Source: Tubulanus polymorphus
Taxonomy: Eukaryota > Animalia > Nemertea
Direction: 5' to 3'
Assembly: GCF_964204645.1 (NCBI RefSeq)
Contig: NC_134033.1
Span: forward strand, 16,376,655 to 16,440,654
Length of the DNA: 64,000 nucleotides
Shown: piece by piece, positions 12,501-23,958 of the stretch
Layout of the letters: each line of letters begins with the position of its first letter
Numbering within the stretch: position 1 is the first letter of the stretch
The notes under the pieces: model-generated
Seen by the model: the letters and a program-made list of their open reading frames with translations, nothing else
What the model was told of the DNA's origin: nothing
Databases searched by the model: none
Translations under genes and position numbers: made by a program

Positions 12501-15500
12501 CACCTGCAAACCTTGTTCAACTATAGAATGTATCTCTTATTCAATGCGTCAGTTTCTACTGCCGAATATTCAAAAATTAACATTAACAGTTCTACCTGCT
12601 CGTTAAACTATTAACTCAGCCCCGACATCTATAAGCTAAGCCCCTTGATCTACATATGAGCTCGCCCCTGTCAAACTATAAGCCACGCCCCATAAACTAT
12701 AAGCCCCACCCTAAGGATTATAAGCTCCACCCCATAAACTGTCAATATCAGTTCCTCCTGCCTACCTGATATCAGCTGTTGAATCTGGTAGAGCTGTTTG
12801 ACCGCCGCGACTATCATGAGTTACCGCATTGAAACTAACGCCCCCTTTATTAGTCGACCGTGGACGGACGCCACCAGGGGGCACCGCTGCTCCGGTACCG
12901 GTATATACAAAACTCGGACTCGGACTGCGACCTAAAATGTAATACGGACGAAATTGATTTTCGAACAATCTTAAATTTCGAGTTTTTCCCAAGATCGAGT
13001 AGCTTACTTCTAATGCCGCCGAGTTCTTCCATTTCCAGTCTATAGCGCTCTCGTAGTACGGCTTTTTCCCTCAAGATGGCGCCGACGTGAGCGAGCAATT
13101 GTCTGCGATCGTTGAACGTGTCTCGTTCCGCGGGAGTGAGGGCGTGGTACGGCATATGAGCTATTCGCCGATCCTACAATACAAAATCACTAACCGGTTA
13201 TACCCTATAGATGGCGCCACAAACCACTTATTTGTACCACAAACAAGTCAATCATAACTCCATTGAGAGAAACCGACAATATCAATTCAAACAAGAAACG
13301 AAACGCTTAATATGACTTTCCTAAATTAACATGACGGTGCTTGTTTAATCCATCATCAAAATTAAACATCAGTAACTTTTAACTGCTAGCGTTTAAGTAT
13401 TCAAAATTCATAAACATTTCATTAAAGCAAAGATTTAATAACTGTATTGAATATTTTGAAAGTTCCGAAGAGAAACTAAGTCTCTATTACGAGTTATTTT
13501 CAACCAAAGGAAGAAATTGTGTCATAGCAATAGCAAAAATGAACTTGGCTAGAGCGAAAGTCCATAACAATGTTTTTGTTGTTTATTTTCTTATGTTCCA
13601 AGGAATCGTTTCACCCATCTTAAGAGTTAATTTGAAAAAAGATGGACAGTTGTTTGATTAATAATTCGTGCGTTTTTCTCGATGGTATTTATCGAGACCG
13701 GAAATAATCTGAACTGTTTACAACGACATTAATTACAACTTACGAGATTGTACATGTAATACGCGTAATCGACAGCAGTTCCTGGAATTCTCTTCGGGCC
13801 GATCAGAATCGGAGCCAGAACGTTCGCGCCTGATTTCACTAACTTATCAATCTATCGTAAAAATAAAAACACAAATCATTCTTATCCATGAAATATACAT
13901 ATATCATATACGTCATCGAATCGCGAATCGGGATTTCAAACTTAGCATGGTGGCCACTTTTATTTGACGCGCTTTCCCCCCGACTATTCCCAGACATGCG
14001 CGTTGATTTCCCTGACTTGATCTGCTAAGAATCCGATCAACTAACGTAGTTAAATACATAAGACATAGACGTAAACTGATTGATTTTACGCGCGATCCGG
14101 CAATCTGAACATATATCCAAGACTTTTCCCTGATTTACCGACCAGATTTAGACGACTGCTGATCGGTCGTCTGTGCTCGTACTCGGTCGATGACGCCACG
14201 CAGAAAGCGCTTCCGATTCCGTGAGTCAAACGTAAACTGGGATTCGCGCCGTACAACAATAGTTCGTCTATCGCCAGGTCGTTACCGCTGGTGATGGCTA
14301 GCGAGAGCGGCGAGTGACCATTGCACAGTAGATTCGGGTCGGCGTGGTGATCCAACAATAGATGTACGACGCGGCAAGCTTTCTGTAGTGAATACGTAGA
14401 AAGTGTTAGATCAAAATCATCTGCATTTTCAAGCTACAAAAGATTACAATTTCAAAACAGCTGCCAGCTCTGTTTGTCTGGCTTCACCCTTAAAGCTGCA
14501 ACTTAAATGAGTCTGGCAGCAGGGTTAACCCATCGGCGCTCAGGAATTTCACTATATAGTGTCTATTACTCCACAGAAAATTGAAGGGAAAATCAAAGTT
14601 CATCGCGAATAGCTCATTTGTTGTTCATTTTCATGCATTATAAGTTTGTGTTATTCTGTAGTAAATAGTCAAGGCTTTCGTATGGATGTAAGATTTGATG
14701 AGGTGGGCCACCAAAATCGTGTCCTTTGCCCCCCCCCCCACCCCACCCGAAATTCATCCAGACTTACTTGTATTAGAAGTGAGCGCTCAGATACGGTGCT
14801 CTGTACGATATTGTGAGGACTCGGGTGTCTAGTTTATCATAAGCTATCGGGTTCGAATCCCACTATAACTGTTTATGTACAGCAGACGTAAAAAGATTCG
14901 GGCAGCTCGAGGAGTAATAGGTAGGGTGGATATGGGCAGGGCTCGAGGAGTAATAGGCAGGGTGGATTCGGGCAGCTTGAGGAGTAATAGGCTGGGTGGA
15001 TATGGGCAGCTTGAGGAGTAAGAGGCAGGGTGGATATGGGCAGCTTGAGGAGTAATAGGCAGGGTGGATATGGGCAGGGCTTGAGGAGTAATAGGCAGGG
15101 TGGATATGGGCAGCTTGAGGAGTAATAGGCAGGGTGGATATGGGCAGCTTGAGGAGTAATAGGCAGGGTGGATATGGGCAGGGCTTGAGGAGTAATAGGC
15201 AGGGTGGATATGGGCAGCTTGAGGAGTAAGAGGCAGGGTGGATATGGGCAGGGCTTGAACGGTAATGGGTTAAAAAAGACCTTCCATTTTATGTTGTCAT
15301 ATATATCATGTATCACTCTCGAAATATTGCTGGTTATTCCTGTTAAAATAGGCTCAATGTCATCAGTGCGTTTCTCCATATTGTGTCAAATGCCTTTTGG
15401 TAGTCGATGAATATCCAATAAAGTTTACGCTCATTACAAAGTAAGATATTCAAGAGCGTGAAGTAAAAATATGATCCATGATACTGAGGTTCTTGGTTTT

Positions 15501-18500
15501 CATCCTAGTAATTGATTTATCTTCAAAGATTCGTCTAAACATTCATTTATTACACTAGTAAATAAATTATTCAGGCAGCTCAAAAGAGTTCTGGCGAGGC
15601 TCGCGTGCTAATGGGTTAAAGAGTCATAAATATTTACCTCATAATCGTCGTCCCGCGCGCAAGCGATATGTAAAGGCGTCCGTCCGCCTAAGATCGATCT
15701 ACTGACATCATCGATCTGATCTTTAATCCATTCATCGTACTGTAAGAGCGAGTGACGGAACAATTTGAGTTTAACACGTAAAACTGTACCCCAGAGTCAG
15801 CAGTTGGTTGAAGTAATACGGTCCCTACAGATCAGTCATAAAATGGTTGCAGTGGAGTCGGAATTGTAGCGACTGCGATAGCTGCGGCAATAATTAACTG
15901 AATGATTTTTCCTTTGAATACCACGTTTTGACGAAATTGATGTCAATTCAATTCGCAGCAGCAACAAATAAGAATCTGTCAAAAATCAGCAACTGGCCGC
16001 AGCGATCAAAAAATGCTTCCCACGTCCCTGGGTTGAAGTAAACCGATGATGCCGTGACTTTTATGGAATAAATTTAACGATATCGACCCAACTTTTGAAA
16101 ACCTTAACAAACAGTTTCAATTAATACGAATTACGTATGTCTAGTCATCAAATTTTTCTCTCCAACTTTCTTAACTCCGCGCGATAAAAAAGTTTATTTC
16201 ACTTTTAAATTGAAGTCTGTCACTATCAATTCTGCAGAAACATACTTGGCCATCCTTTATACGTACTGTGGCATTATCTAATCATTGTAATACGTAATCA
16301 TTTCGAATAAAGTGACTTATAAGTCTAAATTAGGGCTGGGAACTAAAACTATAGCTTCTATCTATGTTCATATATGATGTACATGTCACTATAATAGATA
16401 GATGAATAACTAAGTGTCGTGGTTACGTACGAGTAGTTTATTGAGAAATGTTTCATCCTCCGCCGATCTGACGTCAGGATTCGCTAAAGCGTCGAGCAGC
16501 AGACGTGTGATCTGAACTCCTTCTTCACCCGGTAGAGCGCACGATATGTGCAATGCAGCTAAACCACCTTTCTGTAAAACAGATCGAACAGTTCGATTAG
16601 AAACCAGGGGCCAGTTGCACAGTCGTGACTTAAGTCCAAAAGTGATCTTAAATTTTAAGACTGGTCTTAAGTTGTTAGATTGGCTATAGAACAAAGTTGA
16701 TCTTAGACTGGTCTTAAGTCTAAGCCATGACTTTGGAACCGGCCCCAGTTTATCGTGAACCAATTCCATAGGTTGTAAGTCACATTAAGTTGAGCTAATT
16801 TTCTAATCTTAACCCAGAATTGTGGAACTGGGGCCTGAGCCATAGAAATGGATTCAGTTTTACAATCTTAGATCCAGATCCACAGTTCTGGATCCAGTTC
16901 AACAATTCTGGAGCCAGTTCCACAGTAGGCCTACTGGACCCAACAGTTTGGGACTATTCCAGAGTACACTAACTAAACTGAACTGTCCTGAATTGTGGAA
17001 CCGGGTCCACGTGGAACTGTGTGGAATTGTATACATGTCGAACTGTGGCCGGTGAATACCTCTTTAGCGAGTGTAGATTCTGTCGAAGCTCCTTTCAACA
17101 GGAGCAGACGCACCATCTCGACGTCTGCAGCTTTAACCGCGAAAAACAGAGCAGGCATCGGGACAGACGCCGCATTAGGATCAGCTCCACGCTGTAATAA
17201 TAACTGTATCGTACTTTCCATCAGAGTATACCTACAAGAAACAATACCAAATAAAGCTTTATTCATTTCAACTCTTAGATGGTGGCTTATGTTAATACTT
17301 AATTTTACAATTCCGGGCCCTGTTGCTGAGTGATGTATGAAGTCTAATAGGGATCGTAAATTGAAAGACTAATCTTATGTTGTTAGATTGGCTTGACTTG
17401 GCTATGTTACCTAAGACTGTAAGATCGGCTATAGAACTAAGATGGTCCTAACACAGGTCTTAAATTGTTAGGTAAGCTATAGAACTACAAGGTTGTCTGG
17501 AACTAATATTGTATTAGACTGGTTTTAATGATGTTAGATTGGTTATAGAACAAAAATGAACTTAGACTGATCTTAAGTTGTATGGATTGATTATAAAACT
17601 TGGACTGGTATCAAATCAAAGCTATAACTGGCTATAGGACCCAATTCCCGTGTATCCACAGTTCGATAGTTCTGAAACCGAATCCTGAACTGTGGAACCT
17701 AGTCTTAAACCATTTTTAAATTGAAACTTACTCAGATTTTTTGACGGCTAACTGTCTGGCGGTACCGTCATCTCCGACCTGACATCGTTCCATCACCGAC
17801 TCGTTACGACTCAAGGTCGTCGCGCACCGTTCCACGAGCTGATTGGTCACCGTGATCGAGTAATTACGCATGGAGACGTTCGATTCGAAGTCGCTGAACG
17901 GAGTCAGTAAATCCGTACGGTATTCGTCGACGTCCTGACCCGCGTCCGAACCCTCGTCCGAAGTCGAACGCTCGCGAGTCGTATTGAGTTTTACCCTCGC
18001 GGTATTGTCGCCGGTACCGTGATGAGGATCTATGACCTCAGAACTCGCGAGGGTCCGCGTCGGCGCGGCGACCGGCTGCTCGGTTTTCTTTCTGTTCGTT
18101 TCTACGTTCAGTTTTTTTCCGCCGACCGTCGACGCCTTTTTCAAATTCGCAGCTACGCGAAACAATAGAAACGAAACGACATTGTGGTTACCATAGAGAC
18201 AACTGATAAAATCATCCCTGGTTTTAGAAACACAAATTAGAGCAGCCATGCTTAGGTTATTTAAGCGACCATCTTAGATTCTGATTAGCGGTCATCTTGA
18301 ATTTTAGATTTAAGTGGCCATCTTGGATTCTGTTTAAAGCAGCCATCTTGGATTCTGATTAAAATGACCGTCTTGGATTTCTAATAAAGCGGCCATCTTG
18401 GGTTTTGGTTTAATTTTCATCAAAGCATCCATCTTGGATTTTTATTAACGAATCCATTGAATTTGATTTAAGTGGCATTCTTGGATTTTGAATAAAGCGG

Positions 18501-21500
18501 CCATCTTGGATTTGACTTCACGTTGAATTCTTTGAAAAGCAATATTTACGTTTTTTTCGTTCCGATTTCTTATCACCGTGCGTCTCCTTCATAATGCCCT
18601 TGACGTCGGTGTGTTCGCCCTTGACCTCCGGAGCGTTGTCTGCTATTGTCGTCTCGGCGATGTTCTGTTTGAATCGATCGATCGGATAAAAGAACACGCA
18701 GCACGTCGCCAACGACGACATGCCTTCATCTGTCATTTTATTGACGTCTGCTCCGTGATCGAGTAAACAGTTGATCACGTCCTTAAACCAGTTCACCTGA
18801 AACACACATCATTTCTAATCATGTTCCACAGTTCTGGACTCAGTTTCACAATTCTGGACCCAGTTCCACAGTTCTGGACCCAGTTCCACAGTTGCGGACC
18901 CAGTTCCACAGTTCTGGACCCAGTTCCACAGTTCTGGACCCAGTTCCACAGTACTGGACCCAGTTTCACAATTCTGGACTCAGTTCCACAGTTCTGGACC
19001 CAGTTCCACAGTTCTGGACCCAGTTCCACAGTTCTGGACTCAGTTTCACAATTCTGGACCCAGTTTCACAGTTCTGGACCCAGTCCCACAGTTGTGGATC
19101 CAGTTCCACAGTTGTGGACCCAGTTCTAAGCTGCTTCACCCTTTCAGTGCCGTCTAATCAATACCTGGTGATAGCTGGTAATAATTTGAAAATATTTCAA
19201 AAACTCCACCCCAGTGCATAGTAAGAACAGGCATACCACTATAGTCTACATCGCAGTGCGGTGTACCGGTATCTTTAGTTACTTACATGTTTAACAGATG
19301 CTGCCATCTTTCAATAATATAGAATGAATAAGATAAACACTAATTACTAATGATATCAATACGTCGCGATGTGTTAGCTAAAATCCAGCGCTGATTAATA
19401 CACCGCACTACGGTGTAGATCAACTGAAAGACCTCTAAACTTGCTAGAATACTCACAGAAGCTGCGATCAACGAAGTGAACCCGTTCTTATCGGCAACAT
19501 CAACAAACGCTTTACGTTCGTTCAAAATGGCCGCCACAAGTGTCAAATCACCGTTCATCGACGCTTGAATCAACTGTTCGGACGCGAGTTCAATCGCACC
19601 GCGCTCGCCGCTAAACCCCGACCGGTCGCCTCTCATTATCGCCGCTACATCGAACGAGCAATCGCCCGAAAATGAGTCGTGTTTTAATACGTGTTTCTGA
19701 ATTTCCACACAAGATGGCGTTTTGTTCAGTATTTTAACCGGTTGTTGCTGCTGCTGCTGTTGCTCGTCAGCTGCGAGATCCTCGCTGCTCATCGTGTTCT
19801 GTTTGAAATATTCGGTATCGAATATTTTCCGATCTATCGCCGCGCTGCGCGGATCCAACGTCTCGCTGAATATACTAGCGCTAGTCGATTCGCGCGAGAT
19901 TCCTCCAACGCCGATTCCCGTCGATTGAATTTTACGCAGATTCTTTTCGTTTTCGTCGGAGCAGACGTCGCCGAAACGTCGCACGTTGTCGTTGATTCGC
20001 ACCCGGCTGCTTCGTCCGGTTACTCGCGATTCCTCGTGTTCAACGCCCTCTATATCCGGTTTGATGTACTCGACGTGGTGCGCCGGATTGTACTCGAATT
20101 CCGCGTGATCGGACATCGTAAAAGCGCCCTCTATCGGCGTACATATTTTCAGCAGACGCTCGCGATGCCACAAGCCGACGTCTTGTTTGCCGTCGGTGTA
20201 GGTTAAAACGCCGGGACCTTCTCTCTCATCGGCGCGGTATAAACCCTACAAATACAGTCCCGAAAAATATCAGGGCAAACAGTTTCATAAAATTGATTTT
20301 AAAGATTTTGAGGAGAAAATTCAAAATTACGAGGAAGTGTCTGCATCACTTTCATATCCCAAATTCTGTAGACTCCTAAATCGGTTCTGTTTATCTTAAG
20401 TAAACCATTAATTTGGTGGATTTGTAAGCAAATTTTCATCATTAAGTCTATCTAAACTTGGTTTCTAATTCGCTAACCGCCTAATTGTTACTTATGGCAG
20501 GGGTTCGCATTGATGAACTCACAGGTGACTGGTAGGTTGACAATGATCTCAGAGTAAATGAGCAAAACCCTCAGTTCGTGATGGTTTCTCTGACAATGAA
20601 GTTTTAATCAAAACTTCAAAAATGTCAGAAGTCGGTTTCACTCAATAACGCAGGGTTTTCCACATTGTTTTCCCATAAATTCTTCCCAGATTTTTCACTA
20701 TTTCGAATTTTGCGAATATTTTTGCGCAAACTTTTCTCGCATTTTTTTAAACATATTTTCATGATTTTCATGGATATTTCACATTTTTTCACTCGCATCG
20801 ATCAAACAAAAATTTGAAGAGTTAAAGCTGCATGATGCTGCATTAAGATGGACAAATTTCACCATAAAGATCCAACCTTGTATCAACGACTAATCTGAAC
20901 ACAATAACTATGATTTCTAATTTTCTAAGGCTGCACGAATGCCATACGTACCTCGAACTGCGAGCCGTCTGGGTAAGTAAAAATGCCGTAACCTTCCTTT
21001 TTATCCATATAAAACAATCCGGAAAACGCCGATCCATCCGGCCATTTATATGTTCCGCGTCCATGGCGACGGTCTCTAAAAAACTGACCGGCATACTCCT
21101 GAAAATGAGAAATAGAAAAAATCATTTCCCGATCATAAAGTTCTATATATGATTTTGAATTAATCTCTGGATCTAAAACCTTTAGGTAGCTGCCGTTAAA
21201 TTTGACTCTAGATTTAGAAATTCAAATGAAGTTTGATTTTTTTTTAAACCAAAAGAACACGCGATAGAAATATAAGTCGGTCAACCCTTAATCAAGTTAT
21301 ATCCGGCTGAATTTATAACCGGGCGGACGTACGTGATCAGTTTGTTTAGAGTAATAACAAATCTAGCTGTTTGAATGTTATAACGATCAATGAACGTCAC
21401 GCTACTAGTCACACTAGTCATACTAGTCACGCTAGTCACGAATAGCCTACAATAAACACTGCACAATACGTGCTATACTTCAGTATTGAGTGCCGGGGAA

Positions 21501-23527
21501 GAGTCTTTTCTTAATCATCGACATAAATCTTACTAATGAAATAAAATGGCCCTAGGCCTTATTGAATTGAATATTAAACAAAATCTCTGCTTGAAAGGAA
21601 TTAGTTAATAAAATGAGGCGATTTTTAATTCCATCCATGTACACAAGTTTCAAATATCCCCAAGAAATGGCCAACAATTAATGACAAAATCACTCGCGGT
21701 TGATTTTGCCCCTTTAAGAGACTGAAATTGTAATTTATCAGTAATAGGCGTCTGGCTCTACATCAGGGTGAGGAATTCTGCACGATCTGTCTATATACAC
21801 AGTGGACTCATTATAGTCTGATTAATTATTCATAGATTCATGTCTCGCAGATCAGTAACTACAAAACTATAAGCAGGAGCATAGGAGGCACCCACCCGAG
21901 CACAGGAGGCACCCACCGGAGCACAGGAGGCATCCAACACCAGACTGAGCCAGTGTTCTCCACAACAGGTTTTAGAGGGGTGGCCACCCCTTTCCTTTTC
22001 ACATCCACCCCTTAAATAAAATAACTGACCCTCCCTGAGCGGATGTCAATATTCTATTAATGCTGATAATTGATTTGAAATATACAATGTAATGTGAAAA
22101 ATAGAAGATTCCACCAAAATTGAATTAAAAGCTTAAATTTTCTGTTTCCCAGGGGATCGAAAGCCATCAGCAGCCACTATTTCATACACTTAACAATGAA
22201 TGCAGCCCTTTTAAAATCCCCGCGTGGAGATTACACTGGGACCTGCTGGAGGAGGGGGAGGAACCACAAGGGGAGGGGACTTCTGCTGGAGGAGGGGAGG
22301 AGGAACGACGAGGGGAGGAGACTTGAATTATTGATTACCTCTCCGTTCGACCAGTGATGTTCACCGATTCCATCTCGTAAATCTTCGATGAATCTTCCTT
22401 CGTAACTGGCTCCATCAGCCCAAATCTGTTTACCTTTTGAGACAATCGAACAATAATTAGATATCATTCCCCACAATTAATTACCTCGGGTTCTAGGGGC
22501 ACGGTTAGACTATAGCCTACGGGTTAGTTCAAGACCTATTTGGGGTAGGCCTATGTTGGGTAGGCCTACTCCTAAAAGTGATCTAAAAGATTGAAAACCA
22601 CTAATATACAAAATCAACAAGATCAAAAATGAAATCTATTACATAAGGCTACAACATTTCAGACTCTTTCTAAGGGGTATGATCAAAATACATTGTTTCT
22701 TTGACGTTAGAGTTCAGATAAAATTCCAAAAACTGTCAGATTAGAAGTCATCTGTGGGTTTTGCTATCACCTCTGAATAGGCCTACCGAGATCTAGGCTT
22801 CACTCGACCAGACACCTGACAGCGGAATTCTGTTTTCAAAGATACTGGAATATTGGATAATCTAAGCTAATATTAGTATTCAATTATTAAGGTACCCCAA
22901 AACTTCAACTATGGGCCCCAGTGTAGCCAGACCGAGCCCTTGCCCTGTCCTTTTCAGGCTTGTGTCGAGGGAGTTCAGGGTTAGCATACGAACCCGCTAA
23001 AAATGTGTGCCTTTCAAAATGTCCTGATGTCAAAAAATTTGGGTCAAATTTTTTTTCCGAAATTTGCGTACAGTTAACAAGAGTTGCGTACAGTTGTGAT
23101 GGTCTTTTTGTAATGAGAAGTAATCCGTTCTCAAATGACTTATTCAGTTAGCCTAACTAGGCCCTTCATATTTAAGATGTTCTGTCATTTTTAAATAGGA
23201 AGCCTAGTGCCCCTTTTCATGGTAAAAAATGCCCCTTTGCTTGAAATAGAACTGCCACTCAAAAAAGCTGGGCACTGATTGGTTTCTTGGTCCATATTTA
23301 CCATGTCCGTGTCGAATATTACAAATGAATTCTCCTTCATATTGAGCTCCATTCGGCCAAACAAAAACTCCCAATCCGACTTTCTTATTGTCCTCGATTC
23401 GACCTTTAAACGTAGCTCCGCTTTTATAGGTTTTTTCATCGTTTTCCGACGACGAAGATAAATCCTGACGAGTTACGGCCGATTTCAGCGTCGGTAGACT
23501 GTGATCTGAACGCAGTGTCACTTTCAT
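7593..23527 (-). CDS. ANKMY1: Ankyrin repeat and MYND domain-containing protein 1 (MORN repeats, ankyrin repeats, zf-MYND), about 1151 aa
   Basis: 16 phase-consistent exons: 23527-23302, 22433-22339, 21098-20952, 20245-19457, 18796-18550, 18152-17732, 17231-17060, 16571-16431, 15739-15638, 14382-14143, 13851-13744, 13173-13008, 12931-12766, 11196-11042, 9676-9546, 7742-7593. MORN repeats (YEGEF..HGHG..WPDG), ankyrin repeats ([18 protein letters not shown]) and a MYND finger ([33 protein letters not shown]) are present. The start codon and last exon are the least certain parts. Confidence 0.93.
8152..8238 (-). mobile_element. tRNA-derived SINE-like head
   Basis: The minus strand has an A-box-like TAGCTCAGTGAG and a B-box GAGTTCGAGTCC but no proper cloverleaf. 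Similar fragments occur near 36883-36946 and 55571-55635. Confidence 0.5.
9743..10070. repeat. Purine-rich 29-30 bp minisatellite (AGAAACAGGGAAGGGGAGGTGGTAGGGAGT)
   Basis: About 11 tandem copies with three recurring variants. Confidence 0.9.
14900..15257. repeat. About 33-37 bp minisatellite (GCAGCTTGAGGAGTAATAGGCAGGGTGGATATGG)
   Basis: About 10 tandem copies; explains the ORF at 14873-15379. Confidence 0.9.
16608..16745. mobile_element. PIF/Harbinger-type MITE
   Basis: TIRs GGGCCAGTTGCACAGTC / GACTTTGGAACCGGCCC flanked by a CAG duplication. Relatives at 56889-57026 (CTG TSD) and degenerate copies at 60843-60975, 58970-59180 and 17315-17640. Confidence 0.75.
18822..19127. repeat. 20-bp minisatellite (GGACCCAGTTCCACAGTTCT) in an ANKMY1 intron
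   Basis: About 15 tandem copies beside the acceptor of exon 5; explains the ORFs at 18793-19221. Confidence 0.9.
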
Positions 23528-23945
23528 CGTTCGATTTCAAAATTTAATATCCCGAAGAAAATGTCGGATTCTTTTAAAAAAGAATATTTTTCACTTTACT
23601 TTCTATTCCCGAATAGAAAGAGTGAACTAAATTATTTATATTTAGATTTTTCAACAAATTCGATACTATTATTTTCAATTAATAGCGTGTGAAGAGTTTC
23701 CTGGCCGAAGTTTTCTACGGCGGAAGTCAGTATTTTACGACCCGTTTAACGCGTATTTCTCCGGTTTATTGGATATAAATCGATATTCTCACTCACTCGT
23801 ATTAAGTCCGTTTAGTTTTTTTCGGCGCGGATACATTTTGCGGGGGTTGTTAGCCCCGTGAAAAGCTGTGTTCCTGATTTTCGATCCAGTTTTTTTATTT
23901 GTAGGAACAAACGGCGGCCATTTTACGCCGTTTAACTTCCTATCA

Positions 23946-23958
23946 GTCGCTTAGCAAC
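23946..23958. promoter_or_regulatory. RFX X-box in the ANKMY1 promoter, with a YY1-like motif at 23913-23924
   Basis: GTCGCTTAGCAAC fits the X-box consensus GTHNYY(N0-3)RRNAAC, about 420 bp upstream of the ATG. This is consistent with a ciliary/sperm gene. Confidence 0.6.

Noticed and set aside
19691-20206. Plus-strand ORFs opposite ANKMY1 exons (also 16995-17333 and 18578-18766)
   Set aside because: Antisense shadows of real coding exons.
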